DNA from: an uncultured Gammaproteobacteria bacterium
GTDB lineage: Bacteria > Patescibacteriota > Microgenomatia > Levybacterales > GWA1-39-11
Length of the DNA: 64,000 nucleotides
Direction of reading: 5' to 3'
Assembly: GCA_964651815.1 (NCBI GenBank)
Contig: CAZYWG010000001.1
Location: forward strand, 65,189 to 129,188
Under the pieces are notes generated by a model. It had not been told where the DNA came from. It was given only the letters and a program-made list of their open reading frames with translations, and did not search any database. Both the position numbers and the translations under genes were made by a program. Position 1 is the stretch's first letter. Every line of letters starts with the position of its first letter. Below are positions 46,718 through 56,616 of this stretch, piece by piece.

Positions 46718-47296
46718 ATGACTCGTGAGATTTTGCAAACACATGAAAACAAACGTAAACCCAGAAATATTCTGCCTAACGCGCTACGGGCAGCTTCAGT
46801 TGCCACAGTTCTAACTGCAGGTACGCTGCTTCCCAACGTTGCATATGCTATGGCAGACGCAGAAAATTTAATACCGGATTCCAACACTCCTGTCCTTACA
46901 AGCGCGGAAAGTAAGAGTGATCAAATTGCAAATCTTCTTCACAATGATGATTCTCGCGCAGTCTTATTCTCAGGACTTGGACTATCACTTGCGGCACTTG
47001 CTAATTCATACTTAATTAGTAAGAAATATGATGATAATAAACTAGAAAAAACAATGAGATTATCGGGTCCAACCCTTTTTTCAATTGCTGCTTCTTCACT
47101 GATTTTTGATTCTTATCAACAAATCTCAGCAGAGATTCCGGCAAGTATAATTGTTGGAGCAAGTTTTCTTGTTGCTGGACAATCCATTCTTAACACAAAC
47201 GAACATGAAAAAGACTTAAAAATTCGCGCATCTGCTATTGCTGTCGCGGGAGGTTTTATTGCACTTGGATTATCAACTTTCATGGCCGTAAAATAA
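46718..47296 (+). CDS. Hypothetical membrane protein
   Basis: Signal-like segment plus ~4 TM. TTTACA-N17-TACAAT lies 6 nt before ATG 46718. Confidence 0.6.
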   Translation: MTREILQTHENKRKPRNILPNALRAASVATVLTAGTLLPNVAYAMADAENLIPDSNTPVLTSAESKSDQIANLLHNDDSRAVLFSGLGLSLAALANSYLISKKYDDNKLEKTMRLSGPTLFSIAASSLIFDSYQQISAEIPASIIVGASFLVAGQSILNTNEHEKDLKIRASAIAVAGGFIALGLSTFMAVK

Positions 47297-47382
47297 ACAC
47301 CCATTTGACAAACGTCTCCGCTTTCCCTATGCTGAGAAAAACCCTATTCTTTTAGAATTTTGGTTGTGAGGAGGTGATTTAT

Positions 47383-47697
47383 ATGAATTTGATTCTTGGT
47401 TTTCTTGCCGGTATGTTTATAACAAACGGCGTACCTCATTTTGTTTCAGGAATAAGAGGAGATAAACATATGACACCGCTCGCAAAAGATTCTTCTGCAA
47501 TGGTGAATGTGGTTTGGGCATATGTAAATTTTGTTATTGGGATTTGGCTATTTAAAGCATCTGGCGCAAGCTTAAATGATATATTTATGCTTGACACTTA
47601 TTCAATCGTTTTTATTTTGGGGTCCTTTTTTATGGGAGTATCAGCTGCTTGGCTTTTTTCAAATCCAAACGCCCGATTCCCTTGGTTTAAAAAATAA
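47383..47697 (+). CDS. Small membrane protein (NGVPHF family)
   Basis: 3 TM, NGVPHFVSG...TP...SSA.VNVVW; strong RBS GAGGAGGTGA. Confidence 0.75.
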   Translation: MNLILGFLAGMFITNGVPHFVSGIRGDKHMTPLAKDSSAMVNVVWAYVNFVIGIWLFKASGASLNDIFMLDTYSIVFILGSFFMGVSAAWLFSNPNARFPWFKK

Positions 47698-47713
47698 AAA
47701 TGTTCGTGGGATT

Positions 47714-48601
47714 TTAGAACCAACCTTTTTTACCTTCTTTTTCAAATTCGTGGAGGAGTTCTTTTTGTGTACCTTTTAGTTTCTTGGGGATATGCACTTT
47801 GATTTTTACATAATGGTCGCCCCTATTTTTCCCTGAGGCCTGCTGAACTCCATGCGCTTTAATTCTTATTAATGCAGCGGGCTGCGTCCCTTCTGGAATT
47901 TTTAGCTTGACGCGTCCATCAATAGTCACTACATCAATCACGTCACCGAGCGCTGCCTGGATCATTGAAATCTCTTCTTCTGTTATTATATCTAACCCCT
48001 CTCTTACAAATTTGTTGTGGGGACGAACTGCTACGATAATATCAAAATCATCAAAACGAATTTTTGAATTACTATCAACTCCAGCCGGGATTTTTATATT
48101 TCTTGTTGCGCCATTTATATTAACTTGCTTCTCAGCTCCTTTCACAGCATCCATAAAATCAATGGTAATTGAATACGTGGGTTTGCGGCGTCCAAAAGGA
48201 GATGCCCCTCCACCAAAAAATTGCTCAAATATTTCAAATGGGTCAGAGTAACCACCAAAGTTAAAATCAAATCCCTCAGCACCCTGCCCTCCAGTTGAAT
48301 AAGTGTATGTAAATGGCCCTTGTCCTCGTTGACCTTGACCGCCAAACGGTCCACCCGCACCGCCAAACGGATTCCCGCCGTCAAATGCAGAAGGTCCAAA
48401 TTGATCATATTGCTGTTTTTTTGCAGGATCAGACAAAACCTCATAGGCTTTATTAATTTCTTTAAATTTCTCTTCCGCCTCTTTTGATTTGTTGCGGTCA
48501 GGATGATATTGAAGAGCAAGTTTTCTATACGCGCGTTTTATTTCGTCGGGCGCGGCCGTTTTTGCTACTCCCAAGAGCTCGTAAAAATCCGTTTCAGCCA
48601 T
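47714..48601 (-). CDS. dnaJ: DnaJ co-chaperone lacking the zinc finger (class II/CbpA-like)
   Basis: J domain with YHPD, G/F region, C-terminal domain; no CxxCxGxG repeats. Confidence 0.9.
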   Translation of the reverse strand: MAETDFYELLGVAKTAAPDEIKRAYRKLALQYHPDRNKSKEAEEKFKEINKAYEVLSDPAKKQQYDQFGPSAFDGGNPFGGAGGPFGGQGQRGQGPFTYTYSTGGQGAEGFDFNFGGYSDPFEIFEQFFGGGASPFGRRKPTYSITIDFMDAVKGAEKQVNINGATRNIKIPAGVDSNSKIRFDDFDIIVAVRPHNKFVREGLDIITEEEISMIQAALGDVIDVVTIDGRVKLKIPEGTQPAALIRIKAHGVQQASGKNRGDHYVKIKVHIPKKLKGTQKELLHEFEKEGKKGWF

Positions 48602-48672
48602 GAAGTATATTTTAGCAGAACTAACAACCGTTTGCCAGCCCTGTTAAATTAACCTTACTATTAATTGAAGAA

Positions 48673-50601
48673 TTAATTTGGCGTACAAACAAGATCGCCA
48701 ATTGTAATTGCTCCGGCAGATGTCTGATTATTACTCCGCGGCTTACAAGAATAAGTTGCGCCTGATCCAGATCGAGTGGATGGAGACGTACTATTTGGAG
48801 TAGGAGTTGGAGTAGCCACCGTACCCGGAGGGACAGGAAAACTAACAGCGGCACTTGGCTGGTCTTGATCAAGCGTAAATGGAGCTGTACTCATTGCCCT
48901 TTGCCCGGAAATTATAATACTAACCGTATAGCTTCCAAACGGAATGTTTGAGAATGACAAATTCCCATTTGTGTCTGTGGTGGTTGAAAGATTCTCCTCT
49001 CCATCGGTTGTAATTTGTGCATTTGTAATTGCTCGCTCCCCTAGGTCACGTGTTCCGTTTGAATTGTTATCAACATATGCTTCACCTTTTATTTCACCGG
49101 CTCCGGATCGGAAAGTTGAAGGACTTACGCTTTGCGAGCTTGTTGAAACAGGCTGAGTAATAATTGGAAGCCCTTGACAAACATTCAGTGCATTTTGAAT
49201 ATTAAGCCTTTTTCCAATAGGCTTATTTTTTTCTTGAACAATTGTGTCAGCACCCTTCATTAAACAATTTTTTACCTGATCAAAAGTTAAATTGGGCTTT
49301 TTGGAAAGAAGGAGAGCAATTGCAGCTGTTACATGAGGAGCAGACATACTTGTACCGTTTTTTGGTGCATAACCGGCAGGAAATATAGATAAAGGTACAG
49401 TTGACCAAATTCCTGTTCCGGGAGCGGATAAATCAACTTTTGTTCCATAGTTAGAGGCGTCGGTCTCTGAACTCCATGTTGCACGTTTATCATTTTGGTC
49501 CGTTGCCCCTACAACAATAACGCCATTGCAAGATGGTGGAGTTTCATTCTTGGCGTCCTGCCCTTCATTGCCAGCCGCAGTAACTATGATAACGCCCTTT
49601 CTACGCGCATAATTCACAACGTCTTGATAATTCTTGACTTGTGGATCAGAGCAAGGGACAACTGCTGTGAGGCTCAAATTAATTATTTTCGCGCCGTTAT
49701 CAGTAGCCCAAACTATCCCTTTTTCAATGTTTCCAATATCCCCAGTTTTATCTTCAATTGCTTTAATTGCCATAAGCGTAACATTCCAATTCATTCCGGA
49801 TACACCAATTTTATTGTTTGTCACGGCACCTATGGTCCCTGCAACATGTGTACCGTGCCCCGCATCGTCCTTTGGATCTTGATCAATCGATTTTGGACGA
49901 ATGCATTTTGAAGCATCATTATTACTGTATTCGTAACAATCCGTATAGTCAGGACCTTTTATAATTGTGCGTCCCGCAAAATCAGGATGTGTATAGTCTA
50001 TCCCTGTATCAACTACAGCTACTTTTACGGAATTTGCTCCATGGGTAATATTCCAAGCCGCAGGTACAGCAATTTTTTGCAAATCCCATTGTATTGAAAA
50101 CTCAGGATCGTTTGGTTGTGGTGTACTCCTTGTTTCAATAAGAAAATTAGGTCCAAATGATACAATTTGTTTAAAATTTTGGAGAGAAGAAATTATATTT
50201 TTGAGATTACTGTCAGGCTTAAGATTTAAAAGATAATAATTTTTAAGAGTAGCATCATTTGTATCAAAAAGCTTCTCCTGTGAAATAACTCCAATTTCCG
50301 AAAGTTTATTATTAAGTATTGCTAAATCATCTTTTGTATATAAATTTTCATACTCAACAATAAGTTGATCTGCTACGTATCTCGCTTTTGGGAAAATACT
50401 TTCTCTTGCAACTATTTTATTAATACTGTCGTTTTTGCCAGTCTCTGAAATTACTAATAAAATCAGCGGAGCAATAAGCAAAATAGAGATTAAAACAAGG
50501 AGTGGAATAATTATTTTTTTGTTGTTTAAATTTAAGTTTTGGAGAGTCAAAAAATTTTTGAGGCGGGAAGCATTAGAGATAAATTTTTGTACGGAAAACA
50601 T
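48673..50601 (-). CDS. Membrane-anchored S8 subtilisin-like serine protease with C-terminal SdrD-B-like domain
   Basis: TM anchor, prodomain, VAVVDTG (D), HGTHVAG (H), AAGNE, GTSMSAPH (S). Tail GEAYVDNNSNGTRD..E...TTDTNG. Confidence 0.9.
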   Translation of the reverse strand: MFSVQKFISNASRLKNFLTLQNLNLNNKKIIIPLLVLISILLIAPLILLVISETGKNDSINKIVARESIFPKARYVADQLIVEYENLYTKDDLAILNNKLSEIGVISQEKLFDTNDATLKNYYLLNLKPDSNLKNIISSLQNFKQIVSFGPNFLIETRSTPQPNDPEFSIQWDLQKIAVPAAWNITHGANSVKVAVVDTGIDYTHPDFAGRTIIKGPDYTDCYEYSNNDASKCIRPKSIDQDPKDDAGHGTHVAGTIGAVTNNKIGVSGMNWNVTLMAIKAIEDKTGDIGNIEKGIVWATDNGAKIINLSLTAVVPCSDPQVKNYQDVVNYARRKGVIIVTAAGNEGQDAKNETPPSCNGVIVVGATDQNDKRATWSSETDASNYGTKVDLSAPGTGIWSTVPLSIFPAGYAPKNGTSMSAPHVTAAIALLLSKKPNLTFDQVKNCLMKGADTIVQEKNKPIGKRLNIQNALNVCQGLPIITQPVSTSSQSVSPSTFRSGAGEIKGEAYVDNNSNGTRDLGERAITNAQITTDGEENLSTTTDTNGNLSFSNIPFGSYTVSIIISGQRAMSTAPFTLDQDQPSAAVSFPVPPGTVATPTPTPNSTSPSTRSGSGATYSCKPRSNNQTSAGAITIGDLVCTPN

Positions 50602-50606
50602 AACTT

Positions 50607-53492
50607 TTACTCCGTGCGCTGCATTTGCGAACCATCCATCCCAATGTTTGGAGCATCTGTTTGCGGAGGAACACCCATTGGCGCTGGCGGGGGTACAATT
50701 CCACTCATGTCCGCGCCATAAATGGGCTCGGGGGGAGTGTTTTGGACACCAATATTAGGGTTTACGTTTTGTCCGGGCCCTGTTGGGAAAGTGCCGGGCG
50801 CGGCCTGGGGTGGTGCTTGCTGCGGAACCTGCTGATTTATAGGCATATTATTTTGAGCGGGTAAACCGTTCTGCACGGGTACTCCATTTTGCGCGGGTCC
50901 ACCAGCTTGGGGAGTAACTGGTTGAGCTTGAGCTTTTGAAAAAGTAAACTTATTTTTTGCAGAATCAAAATTAATTAGAATTGTCTCACCCGGAACAAAA
51001 TTTTTACTTATTATTTCAAGTGAAATAGGGTTTTCAATAGCGGATTGAATAAGACGCCTCAATGGACGCGCTCCGTAAACCGGGTCATAACCTTCTTTTG
51101 ACAACTCGGAAAGTGCGGATTCTGTAATTTGCAATTCAAACCCTTGGTCTTTGAGAAGTTTTCTTGTTTTTCCAATGTTAAGTTTTGCAATTTGATTCAT
51201 GTCTGAAGGTCCAAGTGGTTTAAAAACTACAAGCTCGTCAAAACGGTTCAAAAGTTCTGGCCTGAAAAACTTATGAAGCTCATCCATCAACGTTTTTGAA
51301 AGTTCTGCAAATTTTTTATCAAAATCGGCCGGTGTGAGATTCTCTCCGCCTTCTGACAATTCTTTTTGGATAGTTGCGCTACCTATATTTGACGTTGCAA
51401 TAACTACAGTATTTTTAAATGAAACCGTATTACCTTTGTTATCCGTTAGGCGCCCGTCTTCAAGAAGCTGAAGTAAAATATTGAAAACGTCTGGATGCGC
51501 TTTTTCAACTTCATCAAGCAATACTATTGAATAAGGTTTTGTCCTGACTGCTTCTGTAAGTTGGCCACCTTCTTCATATCCAACATATCCAGGAGGAGCA
51601 CCTATTAGCTTTGCAACTTCGTGTTTCTCCATGTATTCAGACATATCAAGCCTGATCATTGCTTCTTCTTTGCCGAATAAAATCTCTGCCATTGTTTTTG
51701 CAAGTTCAGTTTTACCAACTCCTGTAGGTCCCAAAAATATAAAAGACGCGATTGGTCTATTTGCAGCGGATAAACCGATTCTGCCGCGGCGTATCGCTTC
51801 TGCAATTGCAACAACTGCCTCTTCTTGATCAACAAATCTTTTATGAATCAGATCTTCCATGTGAATCAATTTTTGGCTTTCATCTTCAGTAAGCTTTGTA
51901 ATTGGAATTCCTGTCCAAGCGGAGACTACGCGTTCAATATCCTCTTTTGTAACCTGCCCTACTTGGCCCTGTAAAGCTGCGTGTCTTTTCCCTTCACCTA
52001 TTTCAAGTTTTACTTCAGCCCCCGCTTCATCTAACAAATCAACTGCTTTATCAGGCAAAAAACGCTCGCCAACATACTTTTTGGAAAGGTGAACTGCTGC
52101 TTCAAGAGCCGCGGGTGAATACGTTACAGAATGGAATTTTTCATACTTTGGTAGAAGCACTTTTAACATTTCTATTGCAACATCTTCACTTGGTTCTTCA
52201 ACCAAAACGGACTGAAATCTTCTTTCAAATGCTTTATCTTTTTCAAAATATTTTCTGTATTCGGCAGTAGTTGTTGTCCCAATCAGTTGTATTTGTCCTC
52301 TCGCAAGATATGGTTTTATAATATTTGAAGCATCCATTGTGCCCTCGCTATCTCCCGCACCAATCAGAGAATGGATTTCATCAATAAATAAAATTGTTTG
52401 CCCGCCTGATGCCTGTGCTTCTTTTATAACCCCCTTGAAACGCTCTTCAAATTCTCCCCTGTGAGAAGCTCCGGCAATTAAAGACGCTAGATCAAGCTGC
52501 ATAATTTTTCTTCCTGCAAGATCTTTAGGAATTGACCCATCAGCAATTTTTTGTGCAAGCCCTTCTACAATTGCAGTTTTTCCTGTTCCAGCCTCTCCTA
52601 TTATTATTGGATTATTTTTAGAACGCCTTAAAAGTATATGAATTAACCTTTCAATTTCCCTATCTCTCCCCGTAACAGGATCAAGTCTCCCCTCTTTTGC
52701 TTCAAGAGTTAAGTCAATGCTGTATTTTTCAATCATTGATTTTTTACCGACCGCATAATCTGTGCTTTTTGAAAGTTTTTCTTCCACTCCTCCTTTTTCA
52801 AGACCCTTTGACTTAAGATATTCGGCAGTTGATGCTGCGGAAAATACGGAAAGCATAATGTCTTCTGGCGCTACAAAACTTGACGCACGAAGCTTTGCAG
52901 TATTGTAGGCTTCTTCCATAATTTGTTTTGATGGATCGGAAAGCGTTGGTTGTCCGGCGAATGTACCCTTTATTTGCTTTGTTTCTATTTCTTGCGAGAT
53001 TTTTGCGACATCAACTGAGAATTGTTCTAGAAGTTTAAAAATCTCTCCATCATATACAAGCCCATAAAGTATATGGTCAGGAGTAATTTGTGCTTGCCCG
53101 CTTTTTTTTGCTAATGTTTGTGCTTGATGTAAGACTTGTGTTGCGCGCGGATCAAGACGTGACAACGCGGTAAGATTTTCACGCGCTGCAGGACTTGATG
53201 TTAGGTTACTTTGACCAACACCCGTGTTTTGTCCTACTTCCTGGTTTGGAATTTGCCCTTGTGGCTGCATGGGCTGATTTTGTATAGGCATATTAGCTGG
53301 CGGAACTGTCACGTTAATTGCTTCGGTAACTTTTGGAGAATTTCCAAAAAAATCAGACGACGAGCTCTGTTCAACTTTTATTTCAGCACTTGCTACATTG
53401 GCTGGGCTGACTACGTCAGCTTGACCATTCTGGTTTTGAATCGGCTGCGGGTCTCCGGGTGTTCTTTTTGAATTAAATAAATTTCCTAACAT
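50607..53492 (-). CDS. Clp/Hsp100 AAA+ ATPase (ClpA/C-like) without M-domain, with Q/P-rich disordered termini
   Basis: Clp N-repeats, GEAGTGKT, LFIDEIH, GPTGVGKT, GAPPGYVGY, LLDEVEKAHP, YGARPLRR. Confidence 0.9.
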   Translation of the reverse strand: MLGNLFNSKRTPGDPQPIQNQNGQADVVSPANVASAEIKVEQSSSSDFFGNSPKVTEAINVTVPPANMPIQNQPMQPQGQIPNQEVGQNTGVGQSNLTSSPAARENLTALSRLDPRATQVLHQAQTLAKKSGQAQITPDHILYGLVYDGEIFKLLEQFSVDVAKISQEIETKQIKGTFAGQPTLSDPSKQIMEEAYNTAKLRASSFVAPEDIMLSVFSAASTAEYLKSKGLEKGGVEEKLSKSTDYAVGKKSMIEKYSIDLTLEAKEGRLDPVTGRDREIERLIHILLRRSKNNPIIIGEAGTGKTAIVEGLAQKIADGSIPKDLAGRKIMQLDLASLIAGASHRGEFEERFKGVIKEAQASGGQTILFIDEIHSLIGAGDSEGTMDASNIIKPYLARGQIQLIGTTTTAEYRKYFEKDKAFERRFQSVLVEEPSEDVAIEMLKVLLPKYEKFHSVTYSPAALEAAVHLSKKYVGERFLPDKAVDLLDEAGAEVKLEIGEGKRHAALQGQVGQVTKEDIERVVSAWTGIPITKLTEDESQKLIHMEDLIHKRFVDQEEAVVAIAEAIRRGRIGLSAANRPIASFIFLGPTGVGKTELAKTMAEILFGKEEAMIRLDMSEYMEKHEVAKLIGAPPGYVGYEEGGQLTEAVRTKPYSIVLLDEVEKAHPDVFNILLQLLEDGRLTDNKGNTVSFKNTVVIATSNIGSATIQKELSEGGENLTPADFDKKFAELSKTLMDELHKFFRPELLNRFDELVVFKPLGPSDMNQIAKLNIGKTRKLLKDQGFELQITESALSELSKEGYDPVYGARPLRRLIQSAIENPISLEIISKNFVPGETILINFDSAKNKFTFSKAQAQPVTPQAGGPAQNGVPVQNGLPAQNNMPINQQVPQQAPPQAAPGTFPTGPGQNVNPNIGVQNTPPEPIYGADMSGIVPPPAPMGVPPQTDAPNIGMDGSQMQRTE

Positions 53493-53587
53493 ATTAAAAA
53501 TTTAAAAGCTAAAACTTTAAATCTATCTTAAAACATACATCGTTTGGCCAATGTTATTATATTCATATAACACCCTCTGTCGCAACC

Positions 53588-56146
53588 CTATTTGTTCTTT
53601 TCATCCCCATTACCTGTGCTTTCATCTGTTTTTGGATCGACTGTTTCTGGGTTAGGTCGATTTTCATCACTTGGCTTGCTTGAAGTCTCTGTTGGCATAA
53701 CGGGTTTCTCAATTTTTTCAGCAGCGCTCATATGTCCTGCTTCCGCTGTCACTTTTTTGCCTGTGGAAACCATAGATTCTTCTTCATTTTCTTTCTGTTG
53801 CAAGTTTGTTAGCACAGATTTCCCGGCTTCCATTTTTGCTTTAAGATAAGCAACAACTTCAGTCTTTGAAAATCCCCCTATCAAAAGGAATGGCAAAATA
53901 TTTGCAACCATATTCATTCCCTGGTCAACTCGCTCCGGCTCTATTGAATTAATTAATGCAACTGCTTGTGTGATTTTATCAATATCGTTCTTAATCCACT
54001 CTCGTCTCTCAAACTGTCTGCCGGAAAGGTCTTTTGGAGGTTCAACTGTTTGGTAGTTTTCGGTCCAAAGGCTTCTGACCTGCTCATAATCCTCAAGACT
54101 CACTTGTTGAATTCTGTTAACTGATGGCAAAGCCTGCGTTTTTTGAACAAAGGATGTGGCTTGACCAAAGGTAGTAGTTGATTGATTTGCTTTTTCTTCT
54201 TGCTCAAGTAAGCGATCAATTAGTTCATTTTCTGCTTTTGTCTTTTGGTCTAAAGTACTATCCTTGTTAACTACCTTCTCACTGGTATCAAGTATTGAAG
54301 ATGCAAGTGCATTTCCTTTTTCTTTCTCTTTCAGAAGCTGTTCTTTTAACTTTATAAACTTCTCTCTTTCAGCAGGAATTGCCAGTGTTTCAGGTCTCGC
54401 TATTTTGGTCAACGACTGTGCTATATTGGTAATTTGCTGCTGGCGATTTTGTACGTTTGATCCTGCTGCTCCACCAATTTGAGAAGCCGAAAGTAAGCTA
54501 GTTGCAAAAGTTTGAGGAGTTTGCTGTTTTTGCGACGTTACATTTGTATTAGTAATAACTTCCGATGCTTTTAGAACTGATGAGGCGATAGGATTACCTT
54601 TTTGTTTTTGCTCAAGAAGCTGCTGGCGAACTGTAGTAAATTTGTCACGTTCTGACGTAACTATTGCAGTATTTGGATTGGCAATCCTTGTCAGGTTACT
54701 CTTGAATTGGCTTGCTTCACTTCTTACAGTTGTATCTTTTGATAACATTGAAGTCTCATATTTTGCAATATCTCGCATCTTAGGTATTGATAGATTTGCA
54801 AGTTTTAGAACATCACTACTTTCTCTAGCAGATGCCTGCACGTCTGCTTTTACTTGAACCGGAGCAATTGCAGCTCCACGGCTAGCATAAAGGGGTAAGC
54901 TTCGGGCTTGACCAGCCGGTTGTGTTTGGCCGGGGGGTGGAATAGGCGATCCAGGCGGGACACCTTTTGGACCTGAAAAGAAACTCATTCCGCGATTTAC
55001 GGCCTGTTTTAAAACAACGTTGTTTCCAAAAGAAATAGTATTAAGATAGTCGAGGAAAATTTTCAAAAGCAGAAAAGGAAGGAGAATTGCAACCCAAAGC
55101 ATGAGAAGAGCTACAACGTAAAGTGCAAACGTGTCACGAAGATTTACTGAGTTATTGATCCCTATTGTCTGACCCGGACCACCAATTAATATGTTGACTG
55201 CTGTTGGATAGATAATTTTACTTGCGTCCCCGGCTGCTACTGTATCAAAAGGAAGAAGTTTCAAACCGCTTTGCCAAACAACTACAAGCCCATGCAAAAA
55301 AACGGCAAAAAGAGGCGCGTATAATAGCCACCTGAAATATTCGCCAACCCAGATTTTTGCGGTATTTCGAATTGGTTTGTAAAAAAGAAGCAAAGGGAAA
55401 ATTGGTGAGATTATGATAAAAAACCAAAGTATTATTTTCCTAATTAGAAGAATTCCGGTCATAACATAATAGGTAATAGCTGTTAAACGAACCAAAAGCA
55501 GAGTTATAAAAGCCGATTCGTCATTAACGCCAGACGGATCCATAAGTCTATAACCTACAAAATTTTTGTAATCAAAACCCATGTATAAAAGGTCACTTGT
55601 TGTTATGAAATGTGTAGTGGCAGCACCCACACTTTTGACACTCAGGAAAAATCCTTGAACAATGTCACTTATTTGATATATAAATTGCACAAGAGAAAAA
55701 GAGAAAGCTACAAGAAGCACAATAAACACAAACCTGGGGATAAATCGCATTACTGTAATGTTTTGTCCGCGTGTAATAACTAAAATGAATGCCGTTCCCA
55801 ATACAAATAATGCCACCATTGCAAATACAATATTTCTTATAAGAACCCAGAAGGGAATGAGTGGATCATTTGTATTGTCGCAATTATTTTCCGACTTTTT
55901 AGCAACACAAAGCCAGTTATAATTTTGTAGAGTCCAATCAAGAAAGTCCCCTGATCTTGACGCAGTTTTTCCAACAAAAGTTACTTCAGGATCTGGCTGC
56001 CAACCTGTTGGGGCAGGTGTAGTACCAACGCCTAACGCAGGTAATGGGGTCGGCGTAGGAGTATCAGCATGTACAAACGGGATGTTAGAAAATAAAAAAG
56101 ATAGTGCGATAACAAAGATTAGTAAAATGGGCAGTATTCTTTTCAT
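53588..56146 (-). CDS. Large VirB6/TrbL-like membrane protein with long cytoplasmic repeat-containing tail
   Basis: Signal peptide and multiple TM. W..IRNI and LLIRKIILWFFIIISP...W..EY.RW...AP match CPR VirB6-like proteins. Start at MKRIL. Confidence 0.6.
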   Translation of the reverse strand: MKRILPILLIFVIALSFLFSNIPFVHADTPTPTPLPALGVGTTPAPTGWQPDPEVTFVGKTASRSGDFLDWTLQNYNWLCVAKKSENNCDNTNDPLIPFWVLIRNIVFAMVALFVLGTAFILVITRGQNITVMRFIPRFVFIVLLVAFSFSLVQFIYQISDIVQGFFLSVKSVGAATTHFITTSDLLYMGFDYKNFVGYRLMDPSGVNDESAFITLLLVRLTAITYYVMTGILLIRKIILWFFIIISPIFPLLLFYKPIRNTAKIWVGEYFRWLLYAPLFAVFLHGLVVVWQSGLKLLPFDTVAAGDASKIIYPTAVNILIGGPGQTIGINNSVNLRDTFALYVVALLMLWVAILLPFLLLKIFLDYLNTISFGNNVVLKQAVNRGMSFFSGPKGVPPGSPIPPPGQTQPAGQARSLPLYASRGAAIAPVQVKADVQASARESSDVLKLANLSIPKMRDIAKYETSMLSKDTTVRSEASQFKSNLTRIANPNTAIVTSERDKFTTVRQQLLEQKQKGNPIASSVLKASEVITNTNVTSQKQQTPQTFATSLLSASQIGGAAGSNVQNRQQQITNIAQSLTKIARPETLAIPAEREKFIKLKEQLLKEKEKGNALASSILDTSEKVVNKDSTLDQKTKAENELIDRLLEQEEKANQSTTTFGQATSFVQKTQALPSVNRIQQVSLEDYEQVRSLWTENYQTVEPPKDLSGRQFERREWIKNDIDKITQAVALINSIEPERVDQGMNMVANILPFLLIGGFSKTEVVAYLKAKMEAGKSVLTNLQQKENEEESMVSTGKKVTAEAGHMSAAEKIEKPVMPTETSSKPSDENRPNPETVDPKTDESTGNGDEKNK

Positions 56147-56150
56147 AACA

Positions 56151-56537
56151 CTATTGACTAATTCCCGGAACTTGCAGAATTTGACCTGCAATTATTTCAA
56201 TAAATACAAATCCAAAAATAGCGAGTAATAATCCAATTATTGAATAAATAATGAAAGATTTTCCTTTTTGCAGCTGCTCTAAATTTCCTCGTGACATCAT
56301 TACAAAATACCCACCAATTATCATGAATATTATTGCTACAAATCCTATCAGCCAAATTCCGATTGCGTAAATGTCTGAAACAAATTGCACAGGCTCTGTG
56401 TGAATACAACCAAGATCAGTACTCATTTGATCAGAAGGACAAGGAGTTGGAGTAGGATTAACGGCGTACGCCGGCGCTGGTAGCAAAAACGAGCCAAAAA
56501 TTACAAATGTCGATAAAAAAATCAATATCTTTTTCAT
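56151..56537 (-). CDS. TrbC/VirB2-type (T4SS) pilin
   Basis: Signal peptide, C..STDLGCI, two TM helices joined by GGY..M.S.G..EQLQKGK..I.YSIIGL. Confidence 0.8.
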   Translation of the reverse strand: MKKILIFLSTFVIFGSFLLPAPAYAVNPTPTPCPSDQMSTDLGCIHTEPVQFVSDIYAIGIWLIGFVAIIFMIIGGYFVMMSRGNLEQLQKGKSFIIYSIIGLLLAIFGFVFIEIIAGQILQVPGISQ

Positions 56538-56616
56538 ACAAGAGAATTCCGCGCAAAACGGCTCATATAATCATCCTACCAAAACGCTTGAAATCACACA
56601 AGGGGAATAAGAGAGT

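Noticed and set aside
48621-48872. 83-aa minus-strand ORF before dnaJ
   Set aside because: Alternative frame overlapping the S8 protease 3' end and dnaJ promoter; no recognisable features.
48673-53492. AAA-ATPase + S8 protease as an IetAS-type toxin-antitoxin/defence pair
   Set aside because: The ATPase is a two-ring Clp and the protease is an exported, prodomain-containing subtilisin, unlike the cytoplasmic single-AAA/S8 pair.
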